A stretch of 64,000 nt of DNA from a candidate division FCPU426 bacterium (GCA_963830915.1 CAWHOE010000064.1:96001-160000), one strand, 5' to 3'. Numbered from the stretch's first letter, positions 1-9,564 are shown. Translations and numbers: made by a program. Notes: generated by a model from the letters alone, not told the origin.

Positions 1-861
1 TTTGGCCCTGAGTTCCTTCAGGCTCTTAGCGCCCAACGATCGCGCGAACTGGACGCCCTCCTCCTCGGCTTTTGCCAGGGGTTTTCCCTCGCGGTTGGCG
101 CCGAACAGGGCCCCGCTCTCGCCGATGGCCCTCAGGAACAGCCCCTTCGCCAGGGGCGACCCCATGAGCGCGGAAACGGAGAAAGAACCAGCCGACTCCC
201 CGAAGATGGTCACCTGACCCGGATCACCGCCGAAAGCGGCGATGTTCTGTTTCACCCACTTCAGGGCCGCAACCTGGTCCAATAGACCGTAGTTGCCCGA
301 GGAACCGCCCGCTTCAGCGGTCAATTCCGGATGGGCCAGGAAGCCGAAGACACCCAGCCGATAGTTGAAACTGACCACCACAACGCCTTTGTGGGCCAGG
401 TTCTCGCCGTTCTGCCGGGCCTCGGAAGTGCCTCCGGCGATCAGTCCCCCGCCGTAGATCCAAACCATGACCGGAAGTTTCTCGTCAGGTTTTTCCGCGG
501 GCGTCCAGACGTTCAGGGTCAGGCAATCCTCGCTGGGGCCCGGGTCGTGGAAGATCATGTCATCCCAAATGTGCCCCTGCATGGGGCGGTGGCCGAACTG
601 GGTGGCCTTCAGCACACCCTTCCAGTTGTCGGCAGGTTGGGGCGCTTTCCATCGAAGATCGCCCACGGGCGGCGCGGCGTAAGGGATGCCCAGGAAGATT
701 CGGATCTTGGAATCCGCGCTGGTCTTGCCCTCAACGATTCCTTTGTCAGTTAATACTTTGTTTTCAGTCTTATCCGAAATAGCCACAGCGGTACCAGACG
801 ACATCCACACCGAAGACAGTAAGACCACAAAAGTTAGCATTAATTGTTTCCACAGTTTCAT
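1..861 (-). CDS. Carboxylesterase type B (para-nitrobenzyl esterase-like), secreted; 3' end runs off the window
   Basis: Manual minus-strand translation from ATG 861 (GGAG RBS) gives a signal peptide, FLGIPYAAPPVGDLRWKAP, SEDCLTLNVW, NYRLG and the nucleophile motif GESAG. Absent from the ORF track because it has no stop in the window. Confidence 0.93.
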   Translation of the reverse strand, partial: MKLWKQLMLTFVVLLSSVWMSSGTAVAISDKTENKVLTDKGIVEGKTSADSKIRIFLGIPYAAPPVGDLRWKAPQPADNWKGVLKATQFGHRPMQGHIWDDMIFHDPGPSEDCLTLNVWTPAEKPDEKLPVMVWIYGGGLIAGGTSEARQNGENLAHKGVVVVSFNYRLGVFGFLAHPELTAEAGGSSGNYGLLDQVAALKWVKQNIAAFGGDPGQVTIFGESAGSFSVSALMGSPLAKGLFLRAIGESGALFGANREGKPLAKAEEEGVQFARSLGAKSLKELRAK

Positions 862-962
862 AAGGACTCCTAAAGTTGGATCAAATGGGATTTCTTAAAC
901 CCGTATTGTGGGCCGACTTAGTTTACTACCGTGGAATGTGGGGTGTTCGAACTAAAAATTAC

Positions 963-1193
963 TAACTCAACTTTGGCAAATTCGAAAAGGTACGTCGCCT
1001 GCGACTATTCCCCCTTTGAAAAAGGGGAGAAGGGGGTATTAGGCGTTGGTGATGCGGTTTAAAAAGACTAACTCCCCCTTAGTCCCCCTCTTTCATGCTG
1101 TTCCTCATATGAAATTAAAATAATGAGAACAGTATAGTGCTTTAGCACAGAGGGGGAAATAGGACGACACCAAAAGTTGCCAAAGTTAAATTA
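963..1193. repeat. Nested compound palindrome (REP/MITE-like)
   Basis: Outer IR AACTTTGGCAA/TTGCCAAAGTT, then GGTACGTCGCCT/AGGACGACACC, then TATTCCCCCTTTG/CAGAGGGGGAAATA, plus inner poly-C/poly-G hairpins. Confidence 0.65.
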
Positions 1194-1676
1194 CTAAGAC
1201 TTATCTACTTTTTCATTCTCTTGTTCCCGCACGAATCCGATGTAATCGGTCGAAACGGGTGTCCCGCCCGCTTTCTTGATCAAGCTGGCGATCTGGCCGC
1301 GGTGGTAAGGTCCATGGGTCATCAATTGAGTCAATATGTCGGAAAGGAACGATTCATAACCCTCGCCTTTGAGATTTTTATAGGCGATCTTTCCGGATAA
1401 TTTTTCTTCCGTCAGGCCGGCGAAATAGCCATCGAATATCGCCTTGAGTTCCCCGTTCAATTTTCGGCACTCGGGTATGGTCAGCATCTTGTTCAGTTCG
1501 GGCGTGAACCCGATGGCCGTTAACCGGGACAACCATACGGATTTAGCCATCAGGATATGGCTTATCTTCTTCATGGCTTCTTCCGGGGGCTCAGGCATCG
1601 CCTCCAAGGCGGCCAAGACCTTTTCATTGGCCCAATGGTCGTATTCGAACACTTTTTTGAAATAAACGATATCCAT
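1194..1676 (-). CDS. DinB family protein
   Basis: 160 aa; YDHWAN N-terminus, SHI, and HGPYHRGQIA His motif typical of DinB/YfiT. Confidence 0.9.
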   Translation of the reverse strand: MDIVYFKKVFEYDHWANEKVLAALEAMPEPPEEAMKKISHILMAKSVWLSRLTAIGFTPELNKMLTIPECRKLNGELKAIFDGYFAGLTEEKLSGKIAYKNLKGEGYESFLSDILTQLMTHGPYHRGQIASLIKKAGGTPVSTDYIGFVREQENEKVDKS

Positions 1677-1784
1677 GCCGGCTCCTCCCTACTGCGAGTT
1701 TAGGAACCGAACTTAACACGATGCCCAGGCGAAAACCCAGAGGGCCTTGAATTTAATGAACTTTCTGGGTTTTGACTTCCTTCC

Positions 1785-1985
1785 CTATATCTTCATCATT
1801 TCAAAAACCTTATAAATCAACACAGCAGGCCATACCATCGCCTTCAGAACCCCTAGTGCCCCCATCCAGAAGCCTGTCGCCTGCTGGATGAAATAGACCG
1901 CCGCCCCGATGAAGCCCATCCCATAAATGGTCCCGTTGTGCATCCCGCCCCTCCCTTTGCAATGATGCTTTTCCTCGTTACCCAT
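1785..1985 (-). CDS. Small membrane protein (66 aa)
   Basis: AAAGGAG RBS before ATG 1985; YGMGFIGAAVYFIQQATGFW..KAMVWPA hydrophobic motif. Confidence 0.75.
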   Translation of the reverse strand: MGNEEKHHCKGRGGMHNGTIYGMGFIGAAVYFIQQATGFWMGALGVLKAMVWPAVLIYKVFEMMKI

Positions 1986-2343
1986 AACAACTCCTTTCAA
2001 GTTTCAGATCTCCCCCCAACCACCATCTATATTAGTCCCCCTGGGCCGGACCCTTGGTAAGAAGTCCATTAATTGTCGGGTGCGTTAGCATTTGTCCAGC
2101 GGCTGGACAAAATGGGTACCCCTTATTCCGTTGTTCTCCCAGTGTCCGCACCGGGCCTTAACATCTATGGCCCGGTACCATTAAACAAGTGTTTCGGCTT
2201 GAGGCCTCAACACAAATGCTGGCGGACAAACCCCTTCCGCCGGGCTGATTAGAATTTTTAATATTTATGACCTGCCGCCCGCCATTGGGGGATAATAGCT
2301 GGCAGGGGAGAAACGGGGAGAATCCAGTCCAAGGAAGTGCCCT

Positions 2344-2868
2344 ATGAGTATCCTCTGTTCGAATTGCCAAAAATTGATCGGTTGCGAGTCCTTCCATACC
2401 GACCCCGACCTTGGACCCACCCTTTGCCCCGAATGCGGCGACCAGTACATCGCTGAATATGGAGGGGTCTCCTTAAGCGAACACCTGGACCGTTTCGAGG
2501 AACCAATCATGGTCTTCAACGGGGATGTCCGGGTGGTGGCCTGTAATAGGCCGGCCCGCCGGACGGTGGAGATGTCCAATATCCGCCCCTATGGCTTGCT
2601 CAGCGGGGAATTTTTGGATTGCCGGAACGCCAGCCTGGGCGAGGGATGCGGGGAAACCCCTTACTGTTCCCAATGCGTCATCCGTAACTCCGTCAACCAA
2701 ACTCTTCAAACTGGAAAACCAGTGGAGAATGTTCCGGGACTTTTTACCGGCTCGGGCGAGAACGGCACTTGCACCTATCGGTGGAATATCTCCACCCGCA
2801 AGGTGGGGGAAACGGTGCATTTAAGCATCCATCAACCTGCCACAAAAAAAGCCTTTTCCTATAAATAA
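2344..2868 (+). CDS. Cys-rich PAS-like sensor protein (N-terminal CxxC..CxxC knuckle)
   Basis: CSNC..CPEC, a PAS-like IMVFNGDVRVVACN segment, and a C..GCG.TPYCSQC.IR cluster. Confidence 0.7.
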   Translation: MSILCSNCQKLIGCESFHTDPDLGPTLCPECGDQYIAEYGGVSLSEHLDRFEEPIMVFNGDVRVVACNRPARRTVEMSNIRPYGLLSGEFLDCRNASLGEGCGETPYCSQCVIRNSVNQTLQTGKPVENVPGLFTGSGENGTCTYRWNISTRKVGETVHLSIHQPATKKAFSYK

Positions 2869-2950
2869 CTAAATAATCCAATATCCGGCCAGGCCTTTAC
2901 CGCCCCGCCCTAAACGGGCGGAGCGAGAAGGCGATGTTCTTTCAATACTA

Positions 2951-3544
2951 TTAATTACAGGTCGTATCCAATAGGATCGCCCTGGGAGCGCCGGAGGTAT
3001 TGATCGTGCCGGCGGGCATGGTCAAGGGAGGAATCCCATAGGTATAGGGTGCCTGGAAACTCCTGATAGCTTGGCTGCCCCCGGGAGCCATGCTGTCCGT
3101 ATTTTGATTCTCCACCGCCAGCCAATAGACTCCCGCCGAGAGTGACTGACCGGTTAATGACGCGACATTCCAGCTATTGGCCGTAGGTGAGGTAATAGCT
3201 CCGCCGTCCATGAAGGTATTGGGTGAACCGCCGCTATCGCTATAGACCATCAGGTCAATGTTCCCACTCACCGTCCCCCCCAGATAGATCGCCATATCCA
3301 GCGTCTTGGAGGCGACCGCCAAGGTGACCGCGTAGGCCTCGATATAACCGGAGCCCTGGCTGTAACCCGACCCAACCGTTACATAACCCAATTGTCCCCC
3401 GCAAACAGGCGTCGGCGGTTGGGTGATCGTGACTGTTACTGGCGCTGGACTGGTTGAATTACTGCTTCCACATCCCGTTAAGAAGGCGCTGACAGCCGTT
3501 ACACCAACGACCAGTCCAAAACAAACAACGATAAATTTGTTCAT
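2951..3544 (-). CDS. Putative lipoprotein, beta-rich extracellular domain
   Basis: GGGGGAG RBS, hydrophobic N-terminus with LTGC lipobox, Ser/Thr/Pro linker. Confidence 0.75.
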   Translation of the reverse strand: MNKFIVVCFGLVVGVTAVSAFLTGCGSSNSTSPAPVTVTITQPPTPVCGGQLGYVTVGSGYSQGSGYIEAYAVTLAVASKTLDMAIYLGGTVSGNIDLMVYSDSGGSPNTFMDGGAITSPTANSWNVASLTGQSLSAGVYWLAVENQNTDSMAPGGSQAIRSFQAPYTYGIPPLTMPAGTINTSGAPRAILLDTTCN

Positions 3545-3609
3545 ACTTCTCCCCCTTTTGATCCCGAGTGTTTTTCGGTCCTTCAAGACCGTTCCACCCG
3601 GGTCGCGAC

Positions 3610-3627
3610 AATGACCAAGTGGTCATT
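3610..3627. promoter_or_regulatory. 18-bp palindromic operator candidate AATGACCA-AG-TGGTCATT
   Basis: Perfect 8-bp arms, 66-83 nt upstream of the lipoprotein start and just downstream of the LuxR-like gene. Confidence 0.5.
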
Positions 3628-3708
3628 TTCATTTTTGGGGAAGCAGGCACAATCCACTTTTAGTGTAATTCTTAAGTTACCGAACGTAACTGGACATTCC
3701 CTAGGGGT

Positions 3709-4710
3709 TCAGGCTCGCGTCCCTTTTTTCAACCGCTGGGAGGCTGGCAGATAAGGACGAAGCTCTTCCGGATGATTCCGCAGATATTCCAACAAGTACC
3801 GCCGGCGCTGGCGTTGAGGCCCGCCCTCGGACCGATAGGCTTCTGGCAGATCGGTCAAAAGATCCGGGTCCGTCTTCATCACCTTGTCGTAGAGGGTCTG
3901 CCAACGCTTCTTGACCGTCCAGGAGGAAACATGAAGGGACAGACCGATCTCCTCGTCCGTCTCGCCCAAGAGGGCGCGCCCCAGGACTTCCTTTTCGCTA
4001 GGCAGGAAAAAGAACCTGGGCGGGATGGCGTGGCAGCAAAAATAGGCCGCTCGGGTTCCAGGATGGTTAAGAGCCTCGGCGAATGTGGTACCCACCAGAT
4101 GGGGATGGATCTTGGCCGCGATCTTGGCCGGAAGGGCCGGGGTACCCAGGCATTCCCGGTAATCCCTCCGCAGGGTAAATCCGCTGTTGTCGAAGAGCTT
4201 CTTCCATTCCTGGCCGTAATACTGGTTCAAGAGTTCCTTGATCTGGTAACCCGCGTGGTATTGGACCGCCAGCATCTGGAGCATCTGGATGGCCCGGAAC
4301 ACATCCTCTTTCGACAAACGGGTGCCATCCAATCCGTAATGGATAATGGCCGCGTTCAGCCCTTCCCCGGCGTTGGCCCTAGCGATCTCTTCCCTTTCCA
4401 GGAAAGCCTTCTCCCCTTTCTTCCATTTCTCCATAAGTTGGAGGCCCAGGAAGGGCGGCAGATCCTTTCGGGCTTCTTTAACGAAACTGTCGGTAACGAA
4501 AACGGATAAACCGAATACCACCTGTCTTTTTCCCTTAGGGAGATCTCGGTCCTCAATGACTACCGTCACGCAGGACCCACTTTCCATCAGCGAACGCCAG
4601 AAACGCAGGGTTTCTTTTTTGGACGTCTCGTTATAAAGGACCCTTTCCGAAAGATTTTCGAAAGCGTTTTCAAGGTCGTTCAATTGAGCGGGACGATGGA
4701 TGAAATACAA
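3709..4710 (-). CDS. Transcriptional regulator with C-terminal LuxR-type HTH and uncharacterised N-terminal domain
   Basis: SEKEVL..ALLGETDEEIGLSLHVSSWTVKKRWQTLYDK matches the LuxR/GerE HTH pattern. Confidence 0.75.
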   Translation of the reverse strand: MYFIHRPAQLNDLENAFENLSERVLYNETSKKETLRFWRSLMESGSCVTVVIEDRDLPKGKRQVVFGLSVFVTDSFVKEARKDLPPFLGLQLMEKWKKGEKAFLEREEIARANAGEGLNAAIIHYGLDGTRLSKEDVFRAIQMLQMLAVQYHAGYQIKELLNQYYGQEWKKLFDNSGFTLRRDYRECLGTPALPAKIAAKIHPHLVGTTFAEALNHPGTRAAYFCCHAIPPRFFFLPSEKEVLGRALLGETDEEIGLSLHVSSWTVKKRWQTLYDKVMKTDPDLLTDLPEAYRSEGGPQRQRRRYLLEYLRNHPEELRPYLPASQRLKKGTRA

Positions 4711-4826
4711 ACTGATCCTCTTTTTCGGTCAAGTCATACAAACACAGGACAGAAGGTAACGAATGGAAAGGGGCATTGCTAGGGAGGAAACCAAATTAAA
4801 CCAGCTGTTCAACGCTTAAAATCACG

Positions 4827-7481
4827 CTACTTTTCATCCAAAACTTCCCTGACCTTGGCCGCCAGATCCTCAAAGGTGAAGGGCTTGCCGATGTAATGGA
4901 TGCCTTCGCCTAACACTCCCTTGCTGGTCAGCTCAGTGCCCGAATAACCCGACATGAAGAGGACTTTGGCGCGGGGTTGTATCTTCGCCAGTTCCTGGGT
5001 GAGCGCTTTGCCGCTCATCTTAGGCATGGCCACATCAGTGAGAAGCAGATGGATCTCCTCCTTGTACCGCTTGCACAGGTCGATAGCTTCCACCCCGTCC
5101 CCCGCGGTGAGGACCTTGTAACCGTCGTTTTCCAGGATGGTCTTTAGGATGTTCCGGATCGACGCCTCATCCTCGGCCAAAAGGATGGTCTCGGTCCCAA
5201 AGGAGAACTTTCCGGGTCTTTCCTTCTCCGGGGCCTTCGGAACCGCCGCCCCGATACGGGGCAGATAGATCTTAAAGGTCGTTCCTTTTTCAGGTTCACT
5301 TTCCACCGCGATGCTTCCCCCGCTTTGTTTGACGATGCCGTAGACGGTCGAAAGGCCCAGACCCGTTCCCTGTCCCACATCCTTGGTGGTGAAGAAGGGT
5401 TCGAATATCTTGGCTTTGACCTTTTCATCCATCCCCATGCCCGTATCCGTGACCGAAAGCATGACCCAGGCCCCGAACCCCATGGCCGGGTGTTCGGCGG
5501 CATTCTCCGTGTTATTCTCCAGGTTCGAAGTCGAAAGGGTAAGCTTGCCCCCTTTGGGCATGGCGTCCCTGGCGTTGACCACCAGGTTCATGAGCACCTG
5601 CTCGATCTGGCTGGGGTCGGCCAGGACCTGGGAAAGATCCAGCGCCAGCTTCAGTTCCAGTTCGATCTCAGCTCCCAGGACCTGCCGGAGCATGGTCTGG
5701 AAATCCGCGATGACCAGGTTCAGGTCCAATGGTACGGGCCTCAAGACCTGTTTACGGCCGAAAGCCAGTATTTGTTTGGTCAGGTTTGCCGCTCGCTTGG
5801 CCGCTTTCATGACCTCCGTCAGGTTCTCCTGTTGGGGATCCCCCAATTGGGTTTCCTTGAGCATCATTTCCGTATAGCCCATGATGACCACCAGCAGGTT
5901 ATTGAAGTCGTGGGCGATTCCTCCCGCCAGCCTGCCGATGGCTTCCATCTTTTGCGAAACCCGCAATTGTTCTTCCAGCGACTTTCGTTCCTCCTCCGCT
6001 TGTTTGCGGCTGGTGACATCCCTTCCATTGACCACGATCCCCCGGACCGCGGGGTTATCCAGCCAGTTGGTGACGTATATCTCGCAATCAATGGGCGTCC
6101 CATCCTTCCGGATGGCCTTTAATTCCCCGTAGATGGGTTTTCCCGGATTCGCCAGGGCCTCTCGAAAAGCGGGTTGGGACAACAGGACGTCCTCGGGCGG
6201 GTGATTATCGAATGTCGTTCCAAACCTTTCACCCGGCTTGAATCCCAGGACCCGCTTGACGCTGGGGCCCTCGTAGATCCTGCGGCCTTCCCTATCCATC
6301 AGGGTGATGATGTCATGAGAGTTCTCGATCAAGCCCCGGAACCTGGCCTCGGACAATCTCAGTGCTTCACCGGCTTTTTTGACCTCGGTGATGTCCCGGA
6401 AATACCACACCCGCCCGAAGTTCTTCCCGTCCCCGTCGATCATGGGGGCTGAGTAGCGTTCGAAGGTCCGGCCATCCTTGAGAAGTATCTCATCGTTGCT
6501 TTTCGCTTCGGGCGTTTCGTAGATCTCCTTGATTTTTCGCAGGAAGGACTCCCGGTCCGCTACCTGTTCCGCCGCCCAACCCAGGGTTTTCTCCCTGGAA
6601 TGAGTGTCCAGCAGGTCCTTTGGGATACCCCACATCTCGGGATACTTGTGGTTGTAGGACACGATCTGGCCGTTACTATCCACGATCAGGATGCCGTCCA
6701 GGGAAGTCTCCTGTTGGGTGGATAGGATGAGATGCTGGAAACGAAGATCTTTTTCCATCAGTTTCCGCGCTTCCAACTCCGCCCGCAATTGGGTTTGTTG
6801 GAGAAGGCTGTCCAGCGCGGTGGAGATCGCCTGCCCTATCTCGACCAGGAGCGCTTCTTCCTCCGCCTCGAAGGTCTGGGTTTCCCCCGCGTAGACCGTG
6901 AGGGCGCCGATCACCTTCCCATTCTGGCGGAAAGGGACCGCGGCGGAAGCCCGATACCCTCGTTGCAAGGCCCTCTCCCGCCAGGGGGCCATATGGGGAT
7001 CGGTCGCGATATCCTGGCAAAGATAACAACGTTCCTCTCGGATAGCCGTCCCTGTGGGACCCGCTCCCAGTTGCGGGTCCAGATACTCGATCTTGAGACC
7101 CACCAGGTAGCCCTGCTCCTCTCCCGCGAAAGCGGCGGGAATCACATGGTCGCTGATGGGATGGATCAATCCTATCCAAGCGAAACGGAACCGCCCATGT
7201 TCGACAGCGAGTCGACAGGTTTCCTGGAAGAGCGCTTCCCGGTCGGTAGCCTTGGCGAAGGTTTGGTTGAGTTTGCTGAGGGTGGCGTACAGGCGGTTCA
7301 GACGGATCAGCCGGGTTTCGGCCATTTCCCCTTTGGTGACATCCAATCCGATCCGGGGGCCGGTGATGCTTCCGGTGGTGGGCGCGGTAATTTCATCTGA
7401 GGAGAGGATACGATTCTTGGAACGGAACCCTGGCAGGTCCACCTGTTCAGCTTTTGAGGAGGGCTTCTTCGGCTTTTTCAT
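4827..7481 (-). CDS. Hybrid sensor histidine kinase (GAF-PAS-PAS-HisKA-HATPase-REC)
   Basis: AGGIAHDFNNLL H-box, NLVVNARDAM N-box, FEPFFTTK, GTGLGL, and a C-terminal receiver with LLLTDVAMP. Confidence 0.95.
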   Translation of the reverse strand: MKKPKKPSSKAEQVDLPGFRSKNRILSSDEITAPTTGSITGPRIGLDVTKGEMAETRLIRLNRLYATLSKLNQTFAKATDREALFQETCRLAVEHGRFRFAWIGLIHPISDHVIPAAFAGEEQGYLVGLKIEYLDPQLGAGPTGTAIREERCYLCQDIATDPHMAPWRERALQRGYRASAAVPFRQNGKVIGALTVYAGETQTFEAEEEALLVEIGQAISTALDSLLQQTQLRAELEARKLMEKDLRFQHLILSTQQETSLDGILIVDSNGQIVSYNHKYPEMWGIPKDLLDTHSREKTLGWAAEQVADRESFLRKIKEIYETPEAKSNDEILLKDGRTFERYSAPMIDGDGKNFGRVWYFRDITEVKKAGEALRLSEARFRGLIENSHDIITLMDREGRRIYEGPSVKRVLGFKPGERFGTTFDNHPPEDVLLSQPAFREALANPGKPIYGELKAIRKDGTPIDCEIYVTNWLDNPAVRGIVVNGRDVTSRKQAEEERKSLEEQLRVSQKMEAIGRLAGGIAHDFNNLLVVIMGYTEMMLKETQLGDPQQENLTEVMKAAKRAANLTKQILAFGRKQVLRPVPLDLNLVIADFQTMLRQVLGAEIELELKLALDLSQVLADPSQIEQVLMNLVVNARDAMPKGGKLTLSTSNLENNTENAAEHPAMGFGAWVMLSVTDTGMGMDEKVKAKIFEPFFTTKDVGQGTGLGLSTVYGIVKQSGGSIAVESEPEKGTTFKIYLPRIGAAVPKAPEKERPGKFSFGTETILLAEDEASIRNILKTILENDGYKVLTAGDGVEAIDLCKRYKEEIHLLLTDVAMPKMSGKALTQELAKIQPRAKVLFMSGYSGTELTSKGVLGEGIHYIGKPFTFEDLAAKVREVLDEK

Positions 7482-7603
7482 AATGAGCCGCCCGCGATGA
7501 ACACGATATGATTTTTCAATTAACCCGATCGAACCGTATAACTCTAGGATATGCCAAATTTTGTCATTCGAAAAAGAATATTTTCATCCTCGAATTGGCT
7601 GTT

Positions 7604-8389
7604 TTACGTCATAACCTTCCAGGCCCCCATCACCAAGATCAGATAAACCAGCGAGTGGATCATTTCCCTCACGCCCAGACGCATGATGGGTAGGTCTGGT
7701 TTTCCTCCCATGACGCCGGCCAGGACCCGACCCAAGGCCCAGAGAGGCCCCAGCGCCATCCAGGGGTTGGCCCAGTAGACTGCCCCCACAAAAAGAGCGT
7801 GTAACAGTAAAGGTGCCGCCCCATCCTCCATCCTCAAGTCCAGACTCGAGTGTATGCCGTCCTTCATGAGCGCCACCCACTTCTGGCGGACCTTGATATA
7901 GAAGATCGCCAGGATGAAATAACCTCCGAACAATCCATAAAGCCAAAAAGCCTTGGACAAAGGAATGAGGGGTGAGCAAAGAGCCAGCACAGGCGCTAAT
8001 AAACAAATCCCCGCGAAACCCAGGACTTCCACTATCACCAATCTTAGGTTTCTTCGGATGACGGCGATACCGCAGATGAGAACGCCGATGGGCAGGCCGA
8101 GAAAAAGAACCAGGCTCAGAGCGGTCTGGGGAGCGTTCCGAAAGAAATAGAGGGTTGAAAAGGCCAGGGCCACAAGAAGGAGGATGGCGAAAACCAGGGC
8201 CTTGCGGGCTTTGGCCTGGTCGGCTTTGCGGTATTGGAGGAAGGTCAGGGTAGGCGCCCGAAGGACGAAACCTGAAAACCAGATCAGGGTAGCGGCCAAA
8301 GCGACGGGGTTCCATTGGTCCAGCCCGATCCATCCCGCGAAAAGGGAGACCAGCAGGGCGTTCCACGCGCCGTGTTCCTTAGGAAACAT
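7604..8389 (-). CDS. YwiC-like family membrane protein
   Basis: N-terminal PKEHGAW motif and multiple TM helices. Confidence 0.8.
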   Translation of the reverse strand: MFPKEHGAWNALLVSLFAGWIGLDQWNPVALAATLIWFSGFVLRAPTLTFLQYRKADQAKARKALVFAILLLVALAFSTLYFFRNAPQTALSLVLFLGLPIGVLICGIAVIRRNLRLVIVEVLGFAGICLLAPVLALCSPLIPLSKAFWLYGLFGGYFILAIFYIKVRQKWVALMKDGIHSSLDLRMEDGAAPLLLHALFVGAVYWANPWMALGPLWALGRVLAGVMGGKPDLPIMRLGVREMIHSLVYLILVMGAWKVMT

Positions 8390-8418
8390 AAGAACCTTTC
8401 ACAAAGAACAACTTCAAT

Positions 8419-8530
8419 TAACCACAGATGAACACTGATAGACACAGATGGAAAAAAAGAAAGAATTATTGGAATTTCACATTTACAGACGTTTGCTTTA
8501 TCTGTGTTTATCCGTGTTCATCTGTGGCTA
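8419..8530. repeat. CCAC...GTGG periodic-arm palindrome, copy 1 (CACAGAT units, 10-nt period)
   Basis: ACCACAGATGAACACTGATAGACACAGAT ... ATCTGTGTTTATCCGTGTTCATCTGTGG around an AT-rich spacer. Confidence 0.85.
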
Positions 8531-8548
8531 AATATTTATTAGGTCTTT

Positions 8549-8779
8549 TCAGTGTTCTTGGGGCGGTTGTTTGGGACGGGCGCGGTAAAGCGTGACGGCG
8601 AAGAAGCTGACGATCGTGATGGGCAGGAGAACCATGATCAGGTAGGCCAAGAAATATCCCCGGACCAATTGACCGCCGTTGATGCGTTTAAGCGCCTCGG
8701 CGCAAAGGGGACAGGCCCAGAGGGACTGGGTGGTGAGCCAGAGGGCGGCCGCTCCGAAAAAGGCGCGCGCCGTTCTCAT
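8549..8779 (-). CDS. Small membrane protein with CxxC, translationally coupled to coxC
   Basis: ATGA overlap with the coxC stop; signal-like N-terminus, ACPLC, one C-terminal TM helix. Confidence 0.75.
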   Translation of the reverse strand: MRTARAFFGAAALWLTTQSLWACPLCAEALKRINGGQLVRGYFLAYLIMVLLPITIVSFFAVTLYRARPKQPPQEH

Positions 8780-9369
8780 AGCAGATACAGGGTGGTGAAG
8801 AGGCATATCCAGACGATATCGACGAAATGCCAGTACATCCCCACGTTCTCCACGAAGGCGTGGTTCTTGGTCGAGAGGTTCTTGGCGTTGCCCCTCCAAA
8901 AGACGATGTTCATCAGCAGGACGCCCACGAACACGTGGAAGCCGTGGAAACCGGTGAGGGTGAAGAAGACCGAACCGTAGGTGCTGGAAGAAAGGCTTAG
9001 GCCTTCCTTGATCAGGTTGGTGTACTCATAGGCCTGGATGCTAAGGAAGAGGACACCCAGCAGGATGGTCAGCCCCAGCCAGCCCAGGAATTTGCCCAGC
9101 AATCCCTTCTTGTACTGCATTTCAGCGATATGGAAAGTGAAACTGCTGGAGATAAGGAAAAAGGTGTTGATGGCGGTCAAGGTCACGTTCAAGGCTGGCT
9201 GGTTCGGGGGCGGCCACATGGTCTGGCTGGACCGGAGGACCAGGTAGGAAGCGATGAGGGTGGTGAACATCATGGCTTCGGAGGACAGGAAGATCAGCAT
9301 CCCCAGCCGGGCCGAGGGGAACCCGGTGGAAGTGGTTTCGGTGTGCGGGGCTAGTGTTTCACTGCTCAT
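8776..9369 (-). CDS. coxC: Heme-copper oxidase subunit III
   Basis: FLSSEAMMF, TGFHGFHV, YWHFVDIVW motifs. Confidence 0.95.
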   Translation of the reverse strand: MSSETLAPHTETTSTGFPSARLGMLIFLSSEAMMFTTLIASYLVLRSSQTMWPPPNQPALNVTLTAINTFFLISSSFTFHIAEMQYKKGLLGKFLGWLGLTILLGVLFLSIQAYEYTNLIKEGLSLSSSTYGSVFFTLTGFHGFHVFVGVLLMNIVFWRGNAKNLSTKNHAFVENVGMYWHFVDIVWICLFTTLYLL

Positions 9370-9400
9370 TTTCTTCTCCTTAGAACATTCAAGACTTTTT

Positions 9401-9564
9401 AACCACCAAGGGCACCAAGTTCACCAAGAAAGGCGCAACTTAGAGATTGGGTTTTAAAAACATCTTTCACCATCAATTAAACTAAAAATACTTATCGTCT
9501 TTTGAAAACCTAAGCATTAGGGGCGTTTTTATCCTTCTTGGTGCCCTTGGTGAACTTGGTGGTT
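9401..9564. repeat. CCAC...GTGG periodic-arm palindrome, copy 2 (CACCAAG units, 9-nt period), inside the cox operon
   Basis: AACCACCAAGGGCACCAAGTTCACCAAGAA ... TTCTTGGTGCCCTTGGTGAACTTGGTGGTT; the end touches the coxA stop codon. Confidence 0.88.

Noticed and set aside
2091..2112. TTTGTCCAGC-GGCTGGACAAA palindrome as a member of the terminal 28-bp family
   Set aside because: Only the outer TGTCCA/TGGACA matches, too little to assign.
8419..9564. Short tandem units as a CRISPR array
   Set aside because: Units are 7-10 nt in inverted arms, with no repeat-spacer periodicity and no cas genes.
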